DNA of 64,000 nucleotides, from the NCBI GenBank assembly GCA_963771835.1, contig CAVYVA010000001.1, positions 1,013,347 to 1,077,346 of the forward strand. Reading direction: 5' to 3'. Source of the DNA: an uncultured Actinomycetota bacterium (GTDB taxonomy: Bacteria; Actinomycetota; Actinomycetes; Prado026). The notes beneath the pieces were generated by a model. It was not told the origin of the DNA. It was given only the letters and a program-made list of their open reading frames with translations, and did no database searches. Position 1 is the stretch's first letter, and the number at the start of each line of letters is the position of its first letter. Below are positions 1 through 10,601 of this stretch, one piece after another. Both the position numbers and the translations under genes were made by a program.

Positions 1-129
1 TACGACCGGCGGCTCGACCGTCGACGACGCGGATCGGACGAACTCACCGAGCTCGTTGAGCTTGGCCATGACGACCTTGCTCTCGATCCCGAGCTCTTTC
101 GCCAGCTCGTAGACCCGGACCTTGGCCAC
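1..129 (-). CDS. infB: translation initiation factor IF-2, N-terminal end only (gene runs off the left edge)
   Basis: Minus-strand reading from GTG at 129-127 gives [42 protein letters not shown], the conserved IF-2 N-terminal domain. Its position downstream of nusA-ylxR matches the canonical operon. Confidence 0.8.
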   Translation of the reverse strand, partial: MAKVRVYELAKELGIESKVVMAKLNELGEFVRSASSTVEPPVV

Positions 130-279
130 TGCTCTCCTCATCTTGGTCCGAGCCACTCGCGGCGCGGACCGTCAGTACGTGGGCATGCTCATCGGTGCGT
201 GCTCATCGCGCGGTCATCGTGTTCTCGACCTGCCTTCTGGACGGACCCGGCGTGACCGCCGGGCACCTGCTGTGCGTCG

Positions 280-570
280 CTATCCTCGCGCTGCCTCGAT
301 GAACCCCCGCACCGGCCCCGGGTCGAGCGGTCCCGGCAGGCGGAAGGCCCGCGGGAACGCCCTGCGGCGCTGTGCGAGGTCGAGGCAACCCGGGTCGGGG
401 TGCAGGTGCGCGCCCCGGCCGGGCAGCCGACCGGCGGGATCGGGGGTCACGGACCCTTCGACGACCACCAGGCGGAGCAGCTCGACCCTGGCCGCCCGAG
501 TCCGGCACCCCACGCAGGTGCGCTGCGGGCGTGCATCGTCCACCGGTTGGCCGGTTGTCACCGAGTCTAC
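280..570 (-). CDS. ylxR: YlxR/DUF448 family protein of the nusA-infB operon
   Basis: Last 96 codons of the 280..1143 minus ORF: [22 protein letters not shown]...[30 protein letters not shown], the YlxR signature. A GTG at 570-568 abuts the nusA stop. Confidence 0.75.
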   Translation of the reverse strand, partial: VDSVTTGQPVDDARPQRTCVGCRTRAARVELLRLVVVEGSVTPDPAGRLPGRGAHLHPDPGCLDLAQRRRAFPRAFRLPGPLDPGPVRGFIEAARG

Positions 571-1613
571 GCCTCCGGAGCGGCACCGGCGGTCGGGTCC
601 CCGTCCTCGGGTGCGTCCGCCACGGGCTCGGGGGGCGTCTGGCCGGCAGGGAGGACGTCCGGGCGGATGTCGATCCGCCAGCCGGTCAGCCGTGCGGCCA
701 GGCGGGCGTTCTGCCCCTCCCGGCCGATGGCGAGCGAGAGCTGGTAGTCCGGCACGGTGACCTGGGCCGACCGGCCGGCCAGGTCGACGATGTCCACCCG
801 CTGGACCTTGGCCGGCGACAGCGCGTGGGCGACCATCTCGGCCGGGTCCTCGGACCAGTCGACGATGTCGATCTTCTCGCCGTGCAGCTCGGTCATGACC
901 TGCCGGACCCGGGCGCCCATCGGCCCGATGCAGGCGCCCTTCGCGTTCACCCCGGCCCGGTTCGACCGGACGGCGATCTTGGTCCGGTGCCCGGCCTCCC
1001 TGGCGACCGCGCAGATCTCCACGGTGCCGTCGGCGATCTCCGGCACCTCGAGGGCGAACAGCTTCTTGACCAGGGACGGGTGGGTGCGGGACAGCGTGAT
1101 CTGCGGACCGCGCGGCCCGCGCCGCACCGCGACGACGAAGCACTTGAGCCAGGCGCCGTGCACGTAGGTCTCCCCCGGCACCTGCTCCTGCGGGGGGAGC
1201 ACGCCCTCGACCTTGCCCAGGTCCACCAGCACGTCGCGCGGGTTGCTGGCCTGCTGGATCACCCCGGAGACCACGTCGCCCTCGCGGCCGCTGAACTCCC
1301 CGAACGTCTTCTCGTCCTCAGCCTCGCGCAGCCGCTGCAGGATCACCTGCCGGGCCGTCGACGAGGCGATCCGGCCGAACCCCTCGGGCGTGTCGTCGTA
1401 CTCGGAGATCATCGCGCCCTGCTCGTCGGTGCGGGCCGCCCACACCGTCACGTGGCCGGTGCCGCGGTCCAGGTGCACCCGGGCCCGCGGCTGGGCGCCC
1501 TCGGTGTGGTGGTAGGCGACGAGCAGCGCCGACTCGATGGCGCCGATCAGGGTCTCGAAGGAGATCTCCTTCTCACGCACGAGGCCGCGCAGGGCGGCCA
1601 TGTCGATGTCCAC
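567..1613 (-). CDS. nusA: transcription termination/antitermination factor NusA
   Basis: 348-aa ORF with an N-terminal domain ([28 protein letters not shown]), an S1 domain and two KH domains ([24 protein letters not shown]; [21 protein letters not shown]). Confidence 0.97.
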   Translation of the reverse strand: MDIDMAALRGLVREKEISFETLIGAIESALLVAYHHTEGAQPRARVHLDRGTGHVTVWAARTDEQGAMISEYDDTPEGFGRIASSTARQVILQRLREAEDEKTFGEFSGREGDVVSGVIQQASNPRDVLVDLGKVEGVLPPQEQVPGETYVHGAWLKCFVVAVRRGPRGPQITLSRTHPSLVKKLFALEVPEIADGTVEICAVAREAGHRTKIAVRSNRAGVNAKGACIGPMGARVRQVMTELHGEKIDIVDWSEDPAEMVAHALSPAKVQRVDIVDLAGRSAQVTVPDYQLSLAIGREGQNARLAARLTGWRIDIRPDVLPAGQTPPEPVADAPEDGDPTAGAAPEA

Positions 1614-1614
1614 C

Positions 1615-2136
1615 TCACACCTCGCCCTCGTCGTCCGCGTCGTCGCCGGTCCCGGGGGCGGCGTCCTGCGCGCCGGCCGGCGCCGCCCCGAACTCGACCT
1701 GGACCTTCGCCCGGCGCACGTCGACCAGCCGCAGCCGCCGGTCCGACCCGGTGGAGTCGAGCACCACCTCGTCCGCGTCCACGGCCGCGACCCGCCCGGT
1801 CACCGTCGAGCCGTCGGCGAGGACCGCCTCGACCAGCCGGCCGGTCGCTCGACGCCAGTGCCGCTGCTCGGTCAGCGGGCGGTCGACCCCGGGTGACCCG
1901 ACCTCGAGCACGTACGCCTGGCCGCCCATCACGTCGGTCTCGTCCAGGACGGCGGACACCTTCTGGCTGACCTGCGCGACGTCGTCCATCGAGACGCCGC
2001 CGTCGCGGTCGACGCTGATGCGCAGCAGCCTGCGGCGGCCCGCGGAGCTCACGCTGACGTCCTCGAGGTCCAGGCCGGCCGATGCGACCACGGGTGCCAC
2101 CACCGCGCGGACGCGTTCGGGGCTCGCCGTCGCCAT
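1615..2136 (-). CDS. rimP: ribosome maturation factor RimP
   Basis: 173 codons starting [66 protein letters not shown], immediately upstream of nusA. The longer 1615..2916 ORF is an upstream read-through. Confidence 0.9.
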   Translation of the reverse strand: MATASPERVRAVVAPVVASAGLDLEDVSVSSAGRRRLLRISVDRDGGVSMDDVAQVSQKVSAVLDETDVMGGQAYVLEVGSPGVDRPLTEQRHWRRATGRLVEAVLADGSTVTGRVAAVDADEVVLDSTGSDRRLRLVDVRRAKVQVEFGAAPAGAQDAAPGTGDDADDEGEV

Positions 2137-2248
2137 GGTCACCCCTTTGTTCTGTTGTCGCCGCTGGTCCCGTTGTCGTTGCACGCGTGCCCGACGCGGC
2201 CAGGGTAGCCGTCCGGAGCCGTCGCCAGGGCATGGGATCCTTCCTGCC

Positions 2249-2788
2249 GTGGCAACCCCCCGCTCGCGCCGCGCGGTGCTGGCCGCCGGATTCGGGGCCG
2301 TCGGCGCGGTCGCGCTGAGCGGGTGCACCTCGGGGTCGGACCAGCCCGCGCCGCCGACGCCCTCGCGGCCCAGCGCCGACGAGGTCGCCCGCCGGACGGT
2401 CGCGACGACCGAGCAGGCGCTGCTCGCGACGACGCAGCTGCTGGCGAGCAGCCTGCCAGCCGGCCGGGTGGCGGTGGGCCGGGTGGCCGACCTGGCCGCC
2501 GCCGCGCACGCGGCCCACGTCGCGGCGATGCTCCAGGGGCTGTCCCAGCCGTCCGCCTCGAGCGGGTCCGGCTCGGGGTCGCCGAGCGCTTCCGCTGCGA
2601 CCGGCCAGGCGACGCCCGGGTCACCCACGCCACCGACGGCAGCCTCGCTGGCCACCGCCCAGGCGGCCGCCGCGACGGCGTACCAGGCCTTGCTCGGCCC
2701 GGTGACCGGACCGCTGGCGCGGCTGATCGCCTCGGTGGCGGCCTCGGACGCGGCGCTCGCGTCGGCCCTGCGCGGAGCAGCCGGGTGA
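2249..2788 (+). CDS. putative Tat-signal lipoprotein, Ala-rich, unknown function
   Basis: From GTG 2249: (M)ATPRSRRAVLAAGFGAVGAVALSGCTSGSD has a twin-Arg motif plus a lipobox Cys. Its stop overlaps the next gene's start (GTGA at 2785-2788). The start codon choice is uncertain. Confidence 0.5.
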   Translation: MATPRSRRAVLAAGFGAVGAVALSGCTSGSDQPAPPTPSRPSADEVARRTVATTEQALLATTQLLASSLPAGRVAVGRVADLAAAAHAAHVAAMLQGLSQPSASSGSGSGSPSASAATGQATPGSPTPPTAASLATAQAAAATAYQALLGPVTGPLARLIASVAASDAALASALRGAAG

Positions 2789-3264
2789 GCGCCACGGATG
2801 CGTTGGAGGCAGCGCTCGCCGGCGAGCACGCGGCCGTCTACGCCTACGGCGTGGTCGGTGCCCGGCTGCAAGGGCACCCGGACGAGCGCCAGGCCCGGTC
2901 CGGCTACGACGCGCACCGCCAGCGCCGGTCGACGATCACCCGGATGCTGTCCGACGCGGGTGCGACCCCGGCGCCGGCCGCCGCCGCCTACGACCTCGGC
3001 GGCCCGGTGCTCACCGCGGCCGCCGCCCGCACGCTGGCCGCCGGTGTGGAGACCAGGGCCGCCGCCGACGTACGCGGACGTGGTCTCGGCCGCCTCCGGG
3101 TCGGTGCGCCAGGGCGCCTCGCTGTGGCTGGCCGACGCCTCGGTCCGGGCGACCGGCTGGTCCGGCCAGCCGGCGGCGTTCCCGGGGCTGCCCGAACGCT
3201 CGGCCTAGCTGCACACCGGCGCGTGGTCGGCCGTCACCGCAGGTCCGGGTCGAAGTGCTGGTAG
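2785..3264 (+). CDS. ferritin-like DUF4439 family protein (C-terminus probably frameshifted; expected stop at 3208)
   Basis: VSATDALEAALAGEHAAVYAYGVVGARL... is the DUF4439 N-terminal signature. After ...AAGVETRAAA (~3068) the conserved continuation TYADVVSAASGSVRQGASLWLADASVRATGWSGQPAAFPGLPE lies in the +1 frame (ORF 2798..3208). Confidence 0.6.
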   Translation: MSATDALEAALAGEHAAVYAYGVVGARLQGHPDERQARSGYDAHRQRRSTITRMLSDAGATPAPAAAAYDLGGPVLTAAAARTLAAGVETRAAADVRGRGLGRLRVGAPGRLAVAGRRLGPGDRLVRPAGGVPGAARTLGLAAHRRVVGRHRRSGSKCW

Positions 3265-3341
3265 TCGCGGATCGTGGGACGCCGCACCCGGCGGTCTCGC
3301 ACGAGGTGCGCCTGGACTGGGACCCGCTGGGGCCGGGCGGG

Positions 3342-4055
3342 CTAGCCCGCGCGCCAGCGGTCGACGACGGCGAGCACCTCGTCGAGCCGGGTCACGACGG
3401 CGTCCGGGACGCCCTCGGAGTGGCCGCGCTGGTGCTCGGGGATCGTGCTGTGCGGGACGAAGATCGTCCGCATCCCGACCGACCCGGCGCCGAAGACGTC
3501 GTCGAAGAGCCGGTCCCCGACGAAGACCGCCCGACCGGGATCGGCGACGCCGACCGCCGCCAGGGCGGCCGCGAACGCCTCCGGGTGCGGCTTCACGTAC
3601 CCGAGCTCGCTGCTGAAGACGGCCCCGTCCAGGTGCTCGAGCACGCCGTCCCTGGCGAAGACCCGCTCGTGGTAGTCGCGGCTCCAGAGCGTGTTGGACA
3701 GCACGCCGACGCGCAGTCCCCGCGCGCGCAGGCCCAGGAGCAGGTCCAGTGCCTGCGGGTCGGTCCAGGTGTGCGGCTCCCAGGCCGCCTCGTACGCGGC
3801 GAGCGCGACGGCGTGCCGTTCGTGACCGACGTCGACCCCGGCTGCCGCCAGCACGCCGTCCAGGGTGGCCGCGACGTGGTCGTCCCGGCCGGCGACCCAG
3901 GCCCGATCCTCGGCCTCGAGCAGGCGGTCGGCGAGCGAGTCGGCCCCGTCCGGGTCGTAGACGCAGGCGTACTCCAGCCAGATCTCCCGGACGTCGACCG
4001 TGTGCCAGGGCGTGAGCGTGCCGCCCCAGTCGAACACGACCGCGTCGATCAGCAT
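3342..4055 (-). CDS. HAD-superfamily hydrolase (subfamily IA-like)
   Basis: From ATG 4055: [17 protein letters not shown] (DxDxT-type motif I), VLSNT (motif II), KPHPEAF and [13 protein letters not shown] (motifs III/IV). It appears fused to proS in the ORF track only because of proS frame errors. Confidence 0.8.
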   Translation of the reverse strand: MLIDAVVFDWGGTLTPWHTVDVREIWLEYACVYDPDGADSLADRLLEAEDRAWVAGRDDHVAATLDGVLAAAGVDVGHERHAVALAAYEAAWEPHTWTDPQALDLLLGLRARGLRVGVLSNTLWSRDYHERVFARDGVLEHLDGAVFSSELGYVKPHPEAFAAALAAVGVADPGRAVFVGDRLFDDVFGAGSVGMRTIFVPHSTIPEHQRGHSEGVPDAVVTRLDEVLAVVDRWRAG

Positions 4056-4071
4056 CCGCACGCCCCGGACG

Positions 4072-5840
4072 TCAGGACCGGCAGGCGGCGGCGACCCGCT
4101 CGGCGGCCAAGGCCAGCGAGGCCACCGGTACGTCCTCGCGGTCGCCGGTCCGGCGGTCGCGCAGCTCCACCACTCCGTCGGCGAGGCCCTTGCCCGACCA
4201 CGACGATGGTCGGGACCCCGAGAAGCTCGGCGTCCTTGAACTTCACCCCCGGCGAGACCCCGCGCCGGTCGTCGACGAGCACGCGGATGCCCGCCTCGCC
4301 CAGCAGCGCCGTGAGGCCTCTCGGCGGCCTCGAACACCGCGTCGTCCTTGCCGGTGGCCACGATGTGCACGTCCGCGGGAGCCACCTCGCGCGGCCAGCA
4401 GAGCCCGAGCTCGTCGCAGGTCTGCTCGGCGATCGCGGCCACCGCCCGGGACACCCCGATCCCGTACGAGCCCATCGTGACCACGACCTGCTTGCCGTGC
4501 TCGTCGAGGACCTTGAGGTCCAGCGCCTGCGCGTAGCGGCGACCGAGCTGGAAGATGTGCCCGATCTCGATCCCGCGCTCGATCCGCAGGCTGCCGCCGC
4601 AGACCGGGCACGGGTCGCCGTCGCGGATCTCCGCGGCCTCGATGGTGCCGTCGCCGACGAAGTCCCGGCCCACCACCAGGTCGTACACGTGCCGGCCGGG
4701 CTCGTTCGCCCCGGTGATCCAGCGAGTGCCCTCGACGACGCTCGGGTCGAGCAGGAACCGCACCTTCGACGCAGACGCCTCGCCCAGGGACAGCGGGCCG
4801 ATGTACCCCTTGACCAGGGCCGGGTTGGCGGCGAAGTCCTCCTCCGTCGCCGGCTCGACCTCGGCCGGGGCCAGCTGCGCCTCGACCCGCTTGAGGTCGA
4901 CCTCTCGGTCACCGGGCAGCCCGATGGCCAGCAGCTCGGTGCGGCCGTCCGGGTGGGTCAGCCGGACGACGACGTTCTTGAGGGTGTCGGCCGCAGTCCA
5001 CTCCCGGTCGCCGCGGCGCAGGTCCGCCCGCTCGTTGGACAGGTCGACCAGGGTCTCGATCGTCGGCGTGCCGGGGGTGTCGTGCACGTGCGCGGCCGGG
5101 GCGTCGTCGTAGGCGAGCGGCCCGGGAGGCCTGGTCTGCACGGCCTCGACGTTGGCGGCGTAGTCGCAGTTCGTGCACTGCACGAAGGTGTCCTCGCCGG
5201 TCTCGGTCGGGGCGAGGAACTCCTCGCTCGCGCTGCCGCCCATCGCGCCGGACATCGCCGACACCACGACGTAGCGGAGCCCGAGCCGGTCGAACGTCTT
5301 CAGGTACGCGGCACGGTGGCCCTCGTAGGAGCGCTGCAGACCGGCGTCGTCGATGTCGAACGAGTACGAGTCCTTCATGACGAACTCGCGTCCGCGCAGG
5401 ATCCCGGCCCGCGGCCGCGCCTCGTCCCGGTACTTCGTCTGGATCTGGTAGATCCACAGCGGGAGGTCCTTGTACGACGAGTACAGGTCCTTGACCAGCA
5501 GCGTGAACATCTCCTCGTGCGTCGGGCCGAGGAGGTAGTCGTTCTTCTTGCGGTCCTGCAGCCGGAAGATGCTGTCGCCGTACTCGGTCCACCGGCCGGT
5601 GACCTCGTACGGCTCCCGCGGCAGCAGCGCCGGGAAGTGCACCTCCTGCGCGCCGGCGGCGTCCATCTCCTCGCGGACGATCCGCTCGATGTTGCGGTAG
5701 ACGAGGTAGCCGAGCGGGAGCCAGGAGAAGATGCCGGGCGAGACCCGCCGGATGTAGCCGGCGCGCACGAGCAGCCGGTGGCTGGGCACCTCGGCGTCGG
5801 ACGGGTCCTCGCGCAGCGTGCGCACGAACAGCGACGACAT
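4072..5840 (-). pseudogene. proS: prolyl-tRNA synthetase, frame-disrupted twice as assembled (probable sequence errors)
   Basis: [32 protein letters not shown]...[19 protein letters not shown]...[11 protein letters not shown]... is a bacterial-type ProRS. The frame is lost at ~4316 (gag agg C ctc acg) and again at ~4192 (gtc ggg C aag ggc). The conserved continuation [41 protein letters not shown] / [23 protein letters not shown] sits in the other two frames and ends at TGA 4074-4072. Confidence 0.9.
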
Positions 5841-5943
5841 GCGCAGGACCACGAAGACTCCTCGGTTGGCGCCGCTGCCCGGCGGCGGTCGGCCGAGGAT
5901 ATCCGGCGCCCCCGCCACGGCCGGCGGCGTTTTCCTGGCGAGG

Positions 5944-6813
5944 TCAGAACAGGACGGTCGCGAACGTCCCGACCCGGGAGAAGCCGACCCGGTCGTACGT
6001 GGCGATGGCCGGCAGGTTGTAGCTGTTGACGTACAGCGACACCACGGGCGCGACCCGGTCCAGGCAGGCCCGGACGACCGCGGCCATCCCCGCGGCGGCC
6101 AGGCCCCGGCCGCGCAGCTCCGGGTCGACCCAGACCCCCTGCACCTGGCAGGCGCCCTTGCTGACGACGCCGACCTCGGCCTTGAAGACCACCCGGCCGC
6201 CCTCGATCCGGGCGAACGCCCGACCCGTGCTGACCAGCTCGGCGACCCGGGCCCGGTAGGCGGCGCCGCCGTCCCCGATCAGCGGGGAGACGCCGACCTC
6301 CTCGGTGAACATCGCGATGCAGGCCGGAAGCACGATGTCGATCTCGTCGTTGCGGACCTGGCGGACGAGCGGGTCAGGGTCCACCATCGGCGGGCAGCCG
6401 GTCGCCATCAGCGGCTGGACGTCACGGACGTCGCGCGCCGGGCCCCACGACGGTTCGAGCAGCTCCCAGAGCCCGAGCACCTCGTCCGCGGGCCCGACCA
6501 TCGACGAGCAGCGCCGACCCTGCCGCCGCGCCCGCTCGGCGAACGCCCGTACGGCCTCCTTGGACGCCTCGACCGGCACGAGGTTGGCCCCGCTGTAGCA
6601 CAGCGACTCGAGCTCGCCGTCCAGGACGTGGCCCCACAGCTCGCCGCCCAGTCGCCAGGGGTCCAGGCCGTGCCGTCCGGTGGACTGCACCCGCCCGGCG
6701 ACGAACGCGTGGGCCACCGGGTCGCGGGCCAGCACGGCGTCGATCTGCGACCGCGACCCCGCGTCGAGGACCCGCAGCGCCGCAGTCCCGAGCGACGGAC
6801 TGGTCTGCCCCAC
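5944..6813 (-). CDS. GNAT family N-acetyltransferase (DUF4081 + GNAT architecture)
   Basis: 289-aa ORF. The C-terminal GNAT core is [25 protein letters not shown]...[18 protein letters not shown]. Confidence 0.75.
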   Translation of the reverse strand: MGQTSPSLGTAALRVLDAGSRSQIDAVLARDPVAHAFVAGRVQSTGRHGLDPWRLGGELWGHVLDGELESLCYSGANLVPVEASKEAVRAFAERARRQGRRCSSMVGPADEVLGLWELLEPSWGPARDVRDVQPLMATGCPPMVDPDPLVRQVRNDEIDIVLPACIAMFTEEVGVSPLIGDGGAAYRARVAELVSTGRAFARIEGGRVVFKAEVGVVSKGACQVQGVWVDPELRGRGLAAAGMAAVVRACLDRVAPVVSLYVNSYNLPAIATYDRVGFSRVGTFATVLF

Positions 6814-6877
6814 GCTCCCATCGTGCCGCAGAGGCCGGGCTCGCGGAAGGCGGCCGGACGGATCCGCCCCGTCCAGG

Positions 6878-8044
6878 TCAGTGGACGTCGACCGAGACCG
6901 GTCCGGAGCCGGCGGCTCCCTCGCCGAGCTGTTCGGCCAGCCGCAGGGCCTCTTCGATCAGCGTCTCGACGATCATCGACTCCGGCACCGTCTTGACGAT
7001 CTCGCCCTTGACGAAGATCTGGCCCTTGCCGTTGCCGGACGCGACCCCGAGGTCGGCCTCGCGGGCCTCCCCCGGACCGTTCACCACGCAGCCCATCACG
7101 GCGACCCGCAACGGGACCTCGAGGCCGGCCAGCCCGGCCGTCACCTCCTCGGCGAGGGTGTACACGTCCACCTGGGCCCGACCGCAGGACGGGCACGAGA
7201 CGATCTCCAGCCCGCGCTCGCGCAGGTTCAGCGACTCCAGGATGGCCAGCCCGACCTTGACCTCCTCGACCGGCGGGGCGGACAGCGAGACGCGGATGGT
7301 GTCGCCGATCCCCTCGGCCAGCAGGGCACCGAAGGCCACCGCGGACTTCACGGTCCCCTGGAACGCGGGCCCGGCCTCGGTGACGCCCAGGTGCAGCGGG
7401 TAGTCGCACGCGGCCGAGAGCTGCCGGTACGCCTGCACCATCACGACGGGGTCGTGGTGCTTGACCGAGATCTTGATGTCGCGGAAGCCGTGCTCCTCGA
7501 ACAGGGAGCACTCCCACAGGGCCGACTCGACCAGCGCCTCGGGCGTGGCCTTGCCGTGCTTGGCCAGCAGGCGCGGGTCCAGCGAGCCGGCGTTCACGCC
7601 GATGCGGATCGGCACACCGGCGTCGCCGGCGGCCCTGGCGATCTCGGCGACCTTGTCGTCGAACTGCTTGATGTTGCCGGGGTTCACCCGCACGCCGGCG
7701 CAGCCGGCGTCGATGGCCGCGAACACGTACCGCGGCTGGAAGTGGATGTCGGCGATCACCGGGATGTCGGACTTGCGGGCGATCGCCGGCAGCGCGTCGG
7801 CGTCGTCCTGGCTCGGCACCGCGACGCGGACGACCTGGCACCCGGACGCGGTCAGCTCGGCGATCTGCTGCAGCGTCGCGTTGACGTCCGCGGTCAGCGT
7901 CGTCGTCATGGACTGCACGGAGACCGGGGCGTCGCCGCCGATGGTGACCGGGTGGTGCGGGTGCCGGAGGACGATCGGCCGGGTCCGCCTGCGCTGCGCG
8001 AGCGGCGGCAGCGGTACCGCGGGCATCCCCAGGTTGATCGTCAT
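6878..8044 (-). CDS. ispG: 4-hydroxy-3-methylbut-2-en-1-yl diphosphate synthase (flavodoxin)
   Basis: 388 aa: [67 protein letters not shown]. Confidence 0.97.
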   Translation of the reverse strand: MTINLGMPAVPLPPLAQRRRTRPIVLRHPHHPVTIGGDAPVSVQSMTTTLTADVNATLQQIAELTASGCQVVRVAVPSQDDADALPAIARKSDIPVIADIHFQPRYVFAAIDAGCAGVRVNPGNIKQFDDKVAEIARAAGDAGVPIRIGVNAGSLDPRLLAKHGKATPEALVESALWECSLFEEHGFRDIKISVKHHDPVVMVQAYRQLSAACDYPLHLGVTEAGPAFQGTVKSAVAFGALLAEGIGDTIRVSLSAPPVEEVKVGLAILESLNLRERGLEIVSCPSCGRAQVDVYTLAEEVTAGLAGLEVPLRVAVMGCVVNGPGEAREADLGVASGNGKGQIFVKGEIVKTVPESMIVETLIEEALRLAEQLGEGAAGSGPVSVDVH

Positions 8045-8062
8045 GCGTTCCTCACGGCTCGG

Positions 8063-9289
8063 TCAGATCTGGATCGGCTTGAAGATGTCGGCGGCCAGGA
8101 GCAGGACGGTCACCGTCACGAACACCAGGATCACGGCGTACGCCACCGGCAGCAGCTTGTTCAGGTCCGGTCGCGGCGGCTCCGGCAGGCCCTTGCGGCG
8201 CGCGATCCAGGCCCGGAACCGTTCGTAGGCGAGGACGGCGACGTGCCCGCCGTCCAGCGGCAGCAGCGGGAGCATGTTGAACACGCCGATGAAGATGTTG
8301 AACCCGGCGAGCAGCATGAGCAGGGTGCTGATCTTGCCCGCGGTCGGCAGGTCGCTCTGCGCGACGTCCCCGCTGATGCGGGAGATCCCGAGGATGCCGA
8401 CGGCGCCGTTGGGGTCGCGCGGCTGGCCGTCGAACAGGACGCCGAACAGCTGACCGACCTTGGCCGGCAGCTGCGCCACCGCGCTCACACTCGCACCCAG
8501 CAGGCTGCCGGTCTGCGAGACCGTCTTGCCGACCGCCTGGACCGGTCCGTAGCGCACGAGGTCTTCGGGCGGCGGTGTGATCCCGATGACCCCGACCTGC
8601 ACGGGCTTGTCCGGGTGGGCTGTGTCGGGGCGCTGGCGCGACACCGTGTGCACGGTGATCGGGTCCAGCTGCACGCCGTCCCGCTCGACGACCAGCGTCA
8701 GGACTGCGTCCGGCTTGGCCCTGATCGCGGTCGTGAGGTCGCCCCACGTGCTGATCGGGTGGCCGTCGACGGAGACCACCCGGTCGCCCGGCTGCAGCTG
8801 GGCCGCCCTGGCCGGGGCGGTCGGGTCGTTGGGGCCGCAGGCGGCCGTCGCGGCCTGCACCGGGACGCAGGTCGAGACCCCGCCCAGCACGGCCTTGTCG
8901 TTCGGCACCATCTCGCCGAACGCCACGAACGCCACGTAGAAGAGCACCAGGCCGATGACCAGGTGCATGAACGAGCCGGCGCAGAGCGTGACCGCGCGCT
9001 GCCAGGCGGGCTTGTTGTAGAAGGCGCGCGGCCGGTCCTCCTCGGCGATCGGCTCGAGGTCGGTCATCCCGATGATCTTCACGTAGCCGCCGGCCGGGAT
9101 GGCCTTCACGCCGTACTCGGTCTCGCCGCGCCGGAACGACCACAGCCGCTGGCCGAAGCCCACGAAGAACTCGGTGACCTTGCAGCCGAACCTGCGCGCG
9201 GTCACGAAGTGACCCCACTCGTGGATCATCACCGAGGCCAGGATGCCGAGGACGAACACCACGATCCCCAGCCAGCCGATGCCGGTCAC
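8063..9289 (-). CDS. M50 family site-2 (RIP) metalloprotease with PDZ domain
   Basis: 408 aa with an HEWGHF zinc motif in TM1, a central PDZ-like segment ([16 protein letters not shown]), and a C-terminal [12 protein letters not shown] motif. Confidence 0.92.
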   Translation of the reverse strand: MTGIGWLGIVVFVLGILASVMIHEWGHFVTARRFGCKVTEFFVGFGQRLWSFRRGETEYGVKAIPAGGYVKIIGMTDLEPIAEEDRPRAFYNKPAWQRAVTLCAGSFMHLVIGLVLFYVAFVAFGEMVPNDKAVLGGVSTCVPVQAATAACGPNDPTAPARAAQLQPGDRVVSVDGHPISTWGDLTTAIRAKPDAVLTLVVERDGVQLDPITVHTVSRQRPDTAHPDKPVQVGVIGITPPPEDLVRYGPVQAVGKTVSQTGSLLGASVSAVAQLPAKVGQLFGVLFDGQPRDPNGAVGILGISRISGDVAQSDLPTAGKISTLLMLLAGFNIFIGVFNMLPLLPLDGGHVAVLAYERFRAWIARRKGLPEPPRPDLNKLLPVAYAVILVFVTVTVLLLAADIFKPIQI

Positions 9290-10512
9290 GACGCCCTCCC
9301 GAGCAGCTCGCGTGCCCGCGCCCTGGACCAGGCGTCCGCAGCGAGCACGTCCTCCAGTGTGAGCGACCGGTCGGCGTGCGCCGCACCGTCGTGCTCACGA
9401 AGGACGTCGGCCACCGTGTCCACGATCTTCAGGAACGGCAGGCCACCGGCCAGGAACGCGCTCACCGCTTCCTCGTTGGCGCCGTTGTACACGGCCGGCG
9501 CGGTGCCGCCGGCGCTGCCGGCCTCGCGGGCCAGCCGGACGGCGGGGAACGCCTGTTCGTCGAGCGGTTCGAAGTCCCAGCTCCCGGCCGCGGTCCAGTC
9601 GCACGGCGGGACCGCCTCGGGCACCCGGTCGGGCCAGGCGAGCGCCATCGCGATCGGGAGCCGCATGTCCGGCGGCGAGGCCTGCAGCAGCGTGGAGCCG
9701 TCCACGAACTCGACCATCGAGTGCACGACCGACTGCGGGTGCACGACGACGTCGATGCGCTCGAACGGGATGTCGTACAGAAGGTGCGCCTCGATGACCT
9801 CCAGTCCCTTGTTGACCAGAGTGGCGCTGTTGACGGTCACGAGCGGTCCCATCGACCAGGTGGGGTGAGCCAGAGCCTGCTCGGGTGTGACGTCGACGAG
9901 CTCGGATCGGCTCCGTCCGCGGAACGGGCCGCCGGAGGCCGTGAGGACCAGGCGGCGCACTTCGTCGGCCCGACCGCCGCGCAGGCACTGCGCGAGCGCG
10001 GAGTGCTCGGAGTCGACCGGGACGATCTGGCCGGTCCGGGCCCGGGAGCGCACCAGCGGGCCGCCGACGATGAGCGACTCCTTGTTCGCCAGCGCCAGGG
10101 TGCGGCCGGCGTCCAGGGCAGCCAGCGTCGGCGCCAGTCCGGCGGCTCCCGGCATGGCGTTGAGCACGACGTCCGCCGGCCAGGCGGCCAGCTCGGTGGC
10201 CGCCTGCGGGCCGACGAGCACCTTGGGCAACGAGGTCGCGCCGCGCTCCCAGCCGGCGGCGGTGGCGGCCGCGTACAGGGCGTCCTGCAGGTCGTGCGCG
10301 GCCTGCGGCCGGGCCAGGGCGACCGCCTCGACGCCGAGCTCGATCACCTGGTGGGCGAGCATCGCCACGGACTCGGGCGTGCCGCCCGACGCGGCCAGAG
10401 CGACGACGCGGAACCGTCCGGGGTTCCGGCGGACCACGTCCAGCGCCTGGGTGCCGACGGAACCGGTAGACCCGAGCAGCACGATCGCTCGGGGCTCGGT
10501 GGCGGCGCTCAC
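9286..10512 (-). CDS. dxr: 1-deoxy-D-xylulose-5-phosphate reductoisomerase
   Basis: From GTG 10512: [77 protein letters not shown]. The ORF-track extension to 12444 is out of frame with any homology. Confidence 0.95.
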   Translation of the reverse strand: MSAATEPRAIVLLGSTGSVGTQALDVVRRNPGRFRVVALAASGGTPESVAMLAHQVIELGVEAVALARPQAAHDLQDALYAAATAAGWERGATSLPKVLVGPQAATELAAWPADVVLNAMPGAAGLAPTLAALDAGRTLALANKESLIVGGPLVRSRARTGQIVPVDSEHSALAQCLRGGRADEVRRLVLTASGGPFRGRSRSELVDVTPEQALAHPTWSMGPLVTVNSATLVNKGLEVIEAHLLYDIPFERIDVVVHPQSVVHSMVEFVDGSTLLQASPPDMRLPIAMALAWPDRVPEAVPPCDWTAAGSWDFEPLDEQAFPAVRLAREAGSAGGTAPAVYNGANEEAVSAFLAGGLPFLKIVDTVADVLREHDGAAHADRSLTLEDVLAADAWSRARARELLGRAS

Positions 10513-10601
10513 CCGTCCATTGTCACCCGTCCCCGCCCGTGACCGTCCCGTTGATCTTGAGCAACCGTGCGGGCGGGACGGCCGGCGGCTGCGGGCAGGA
10601 C

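Noticed and set aside
372-1970. Long plus-strand ORFs (372..1970, 532 aa, and others such as 757..1167) opposite nusA/rimP
   Set aside because: Arg/Pro/Gly-rich shadow ORFs, typical of the antisense strand of high-GC genes. They have no recognisable motifs and fully overlap strongly supported minus-strand genes.
3255-6029. 924-aa plus-strand ORF opposite the HAD and proS genes
   Set aside because: Same antisense high-GC artefact: low-complexity R/P/G/D composition and no domain signatures.
6680-9868. 1062-aa plus-strand ORF spanning ispG, the M50 protease and part of dxr on the opposite strand
   Set aside because: Antisense shadow ORF. The three minus-strand genes carry unmistakable catalytic motifs.
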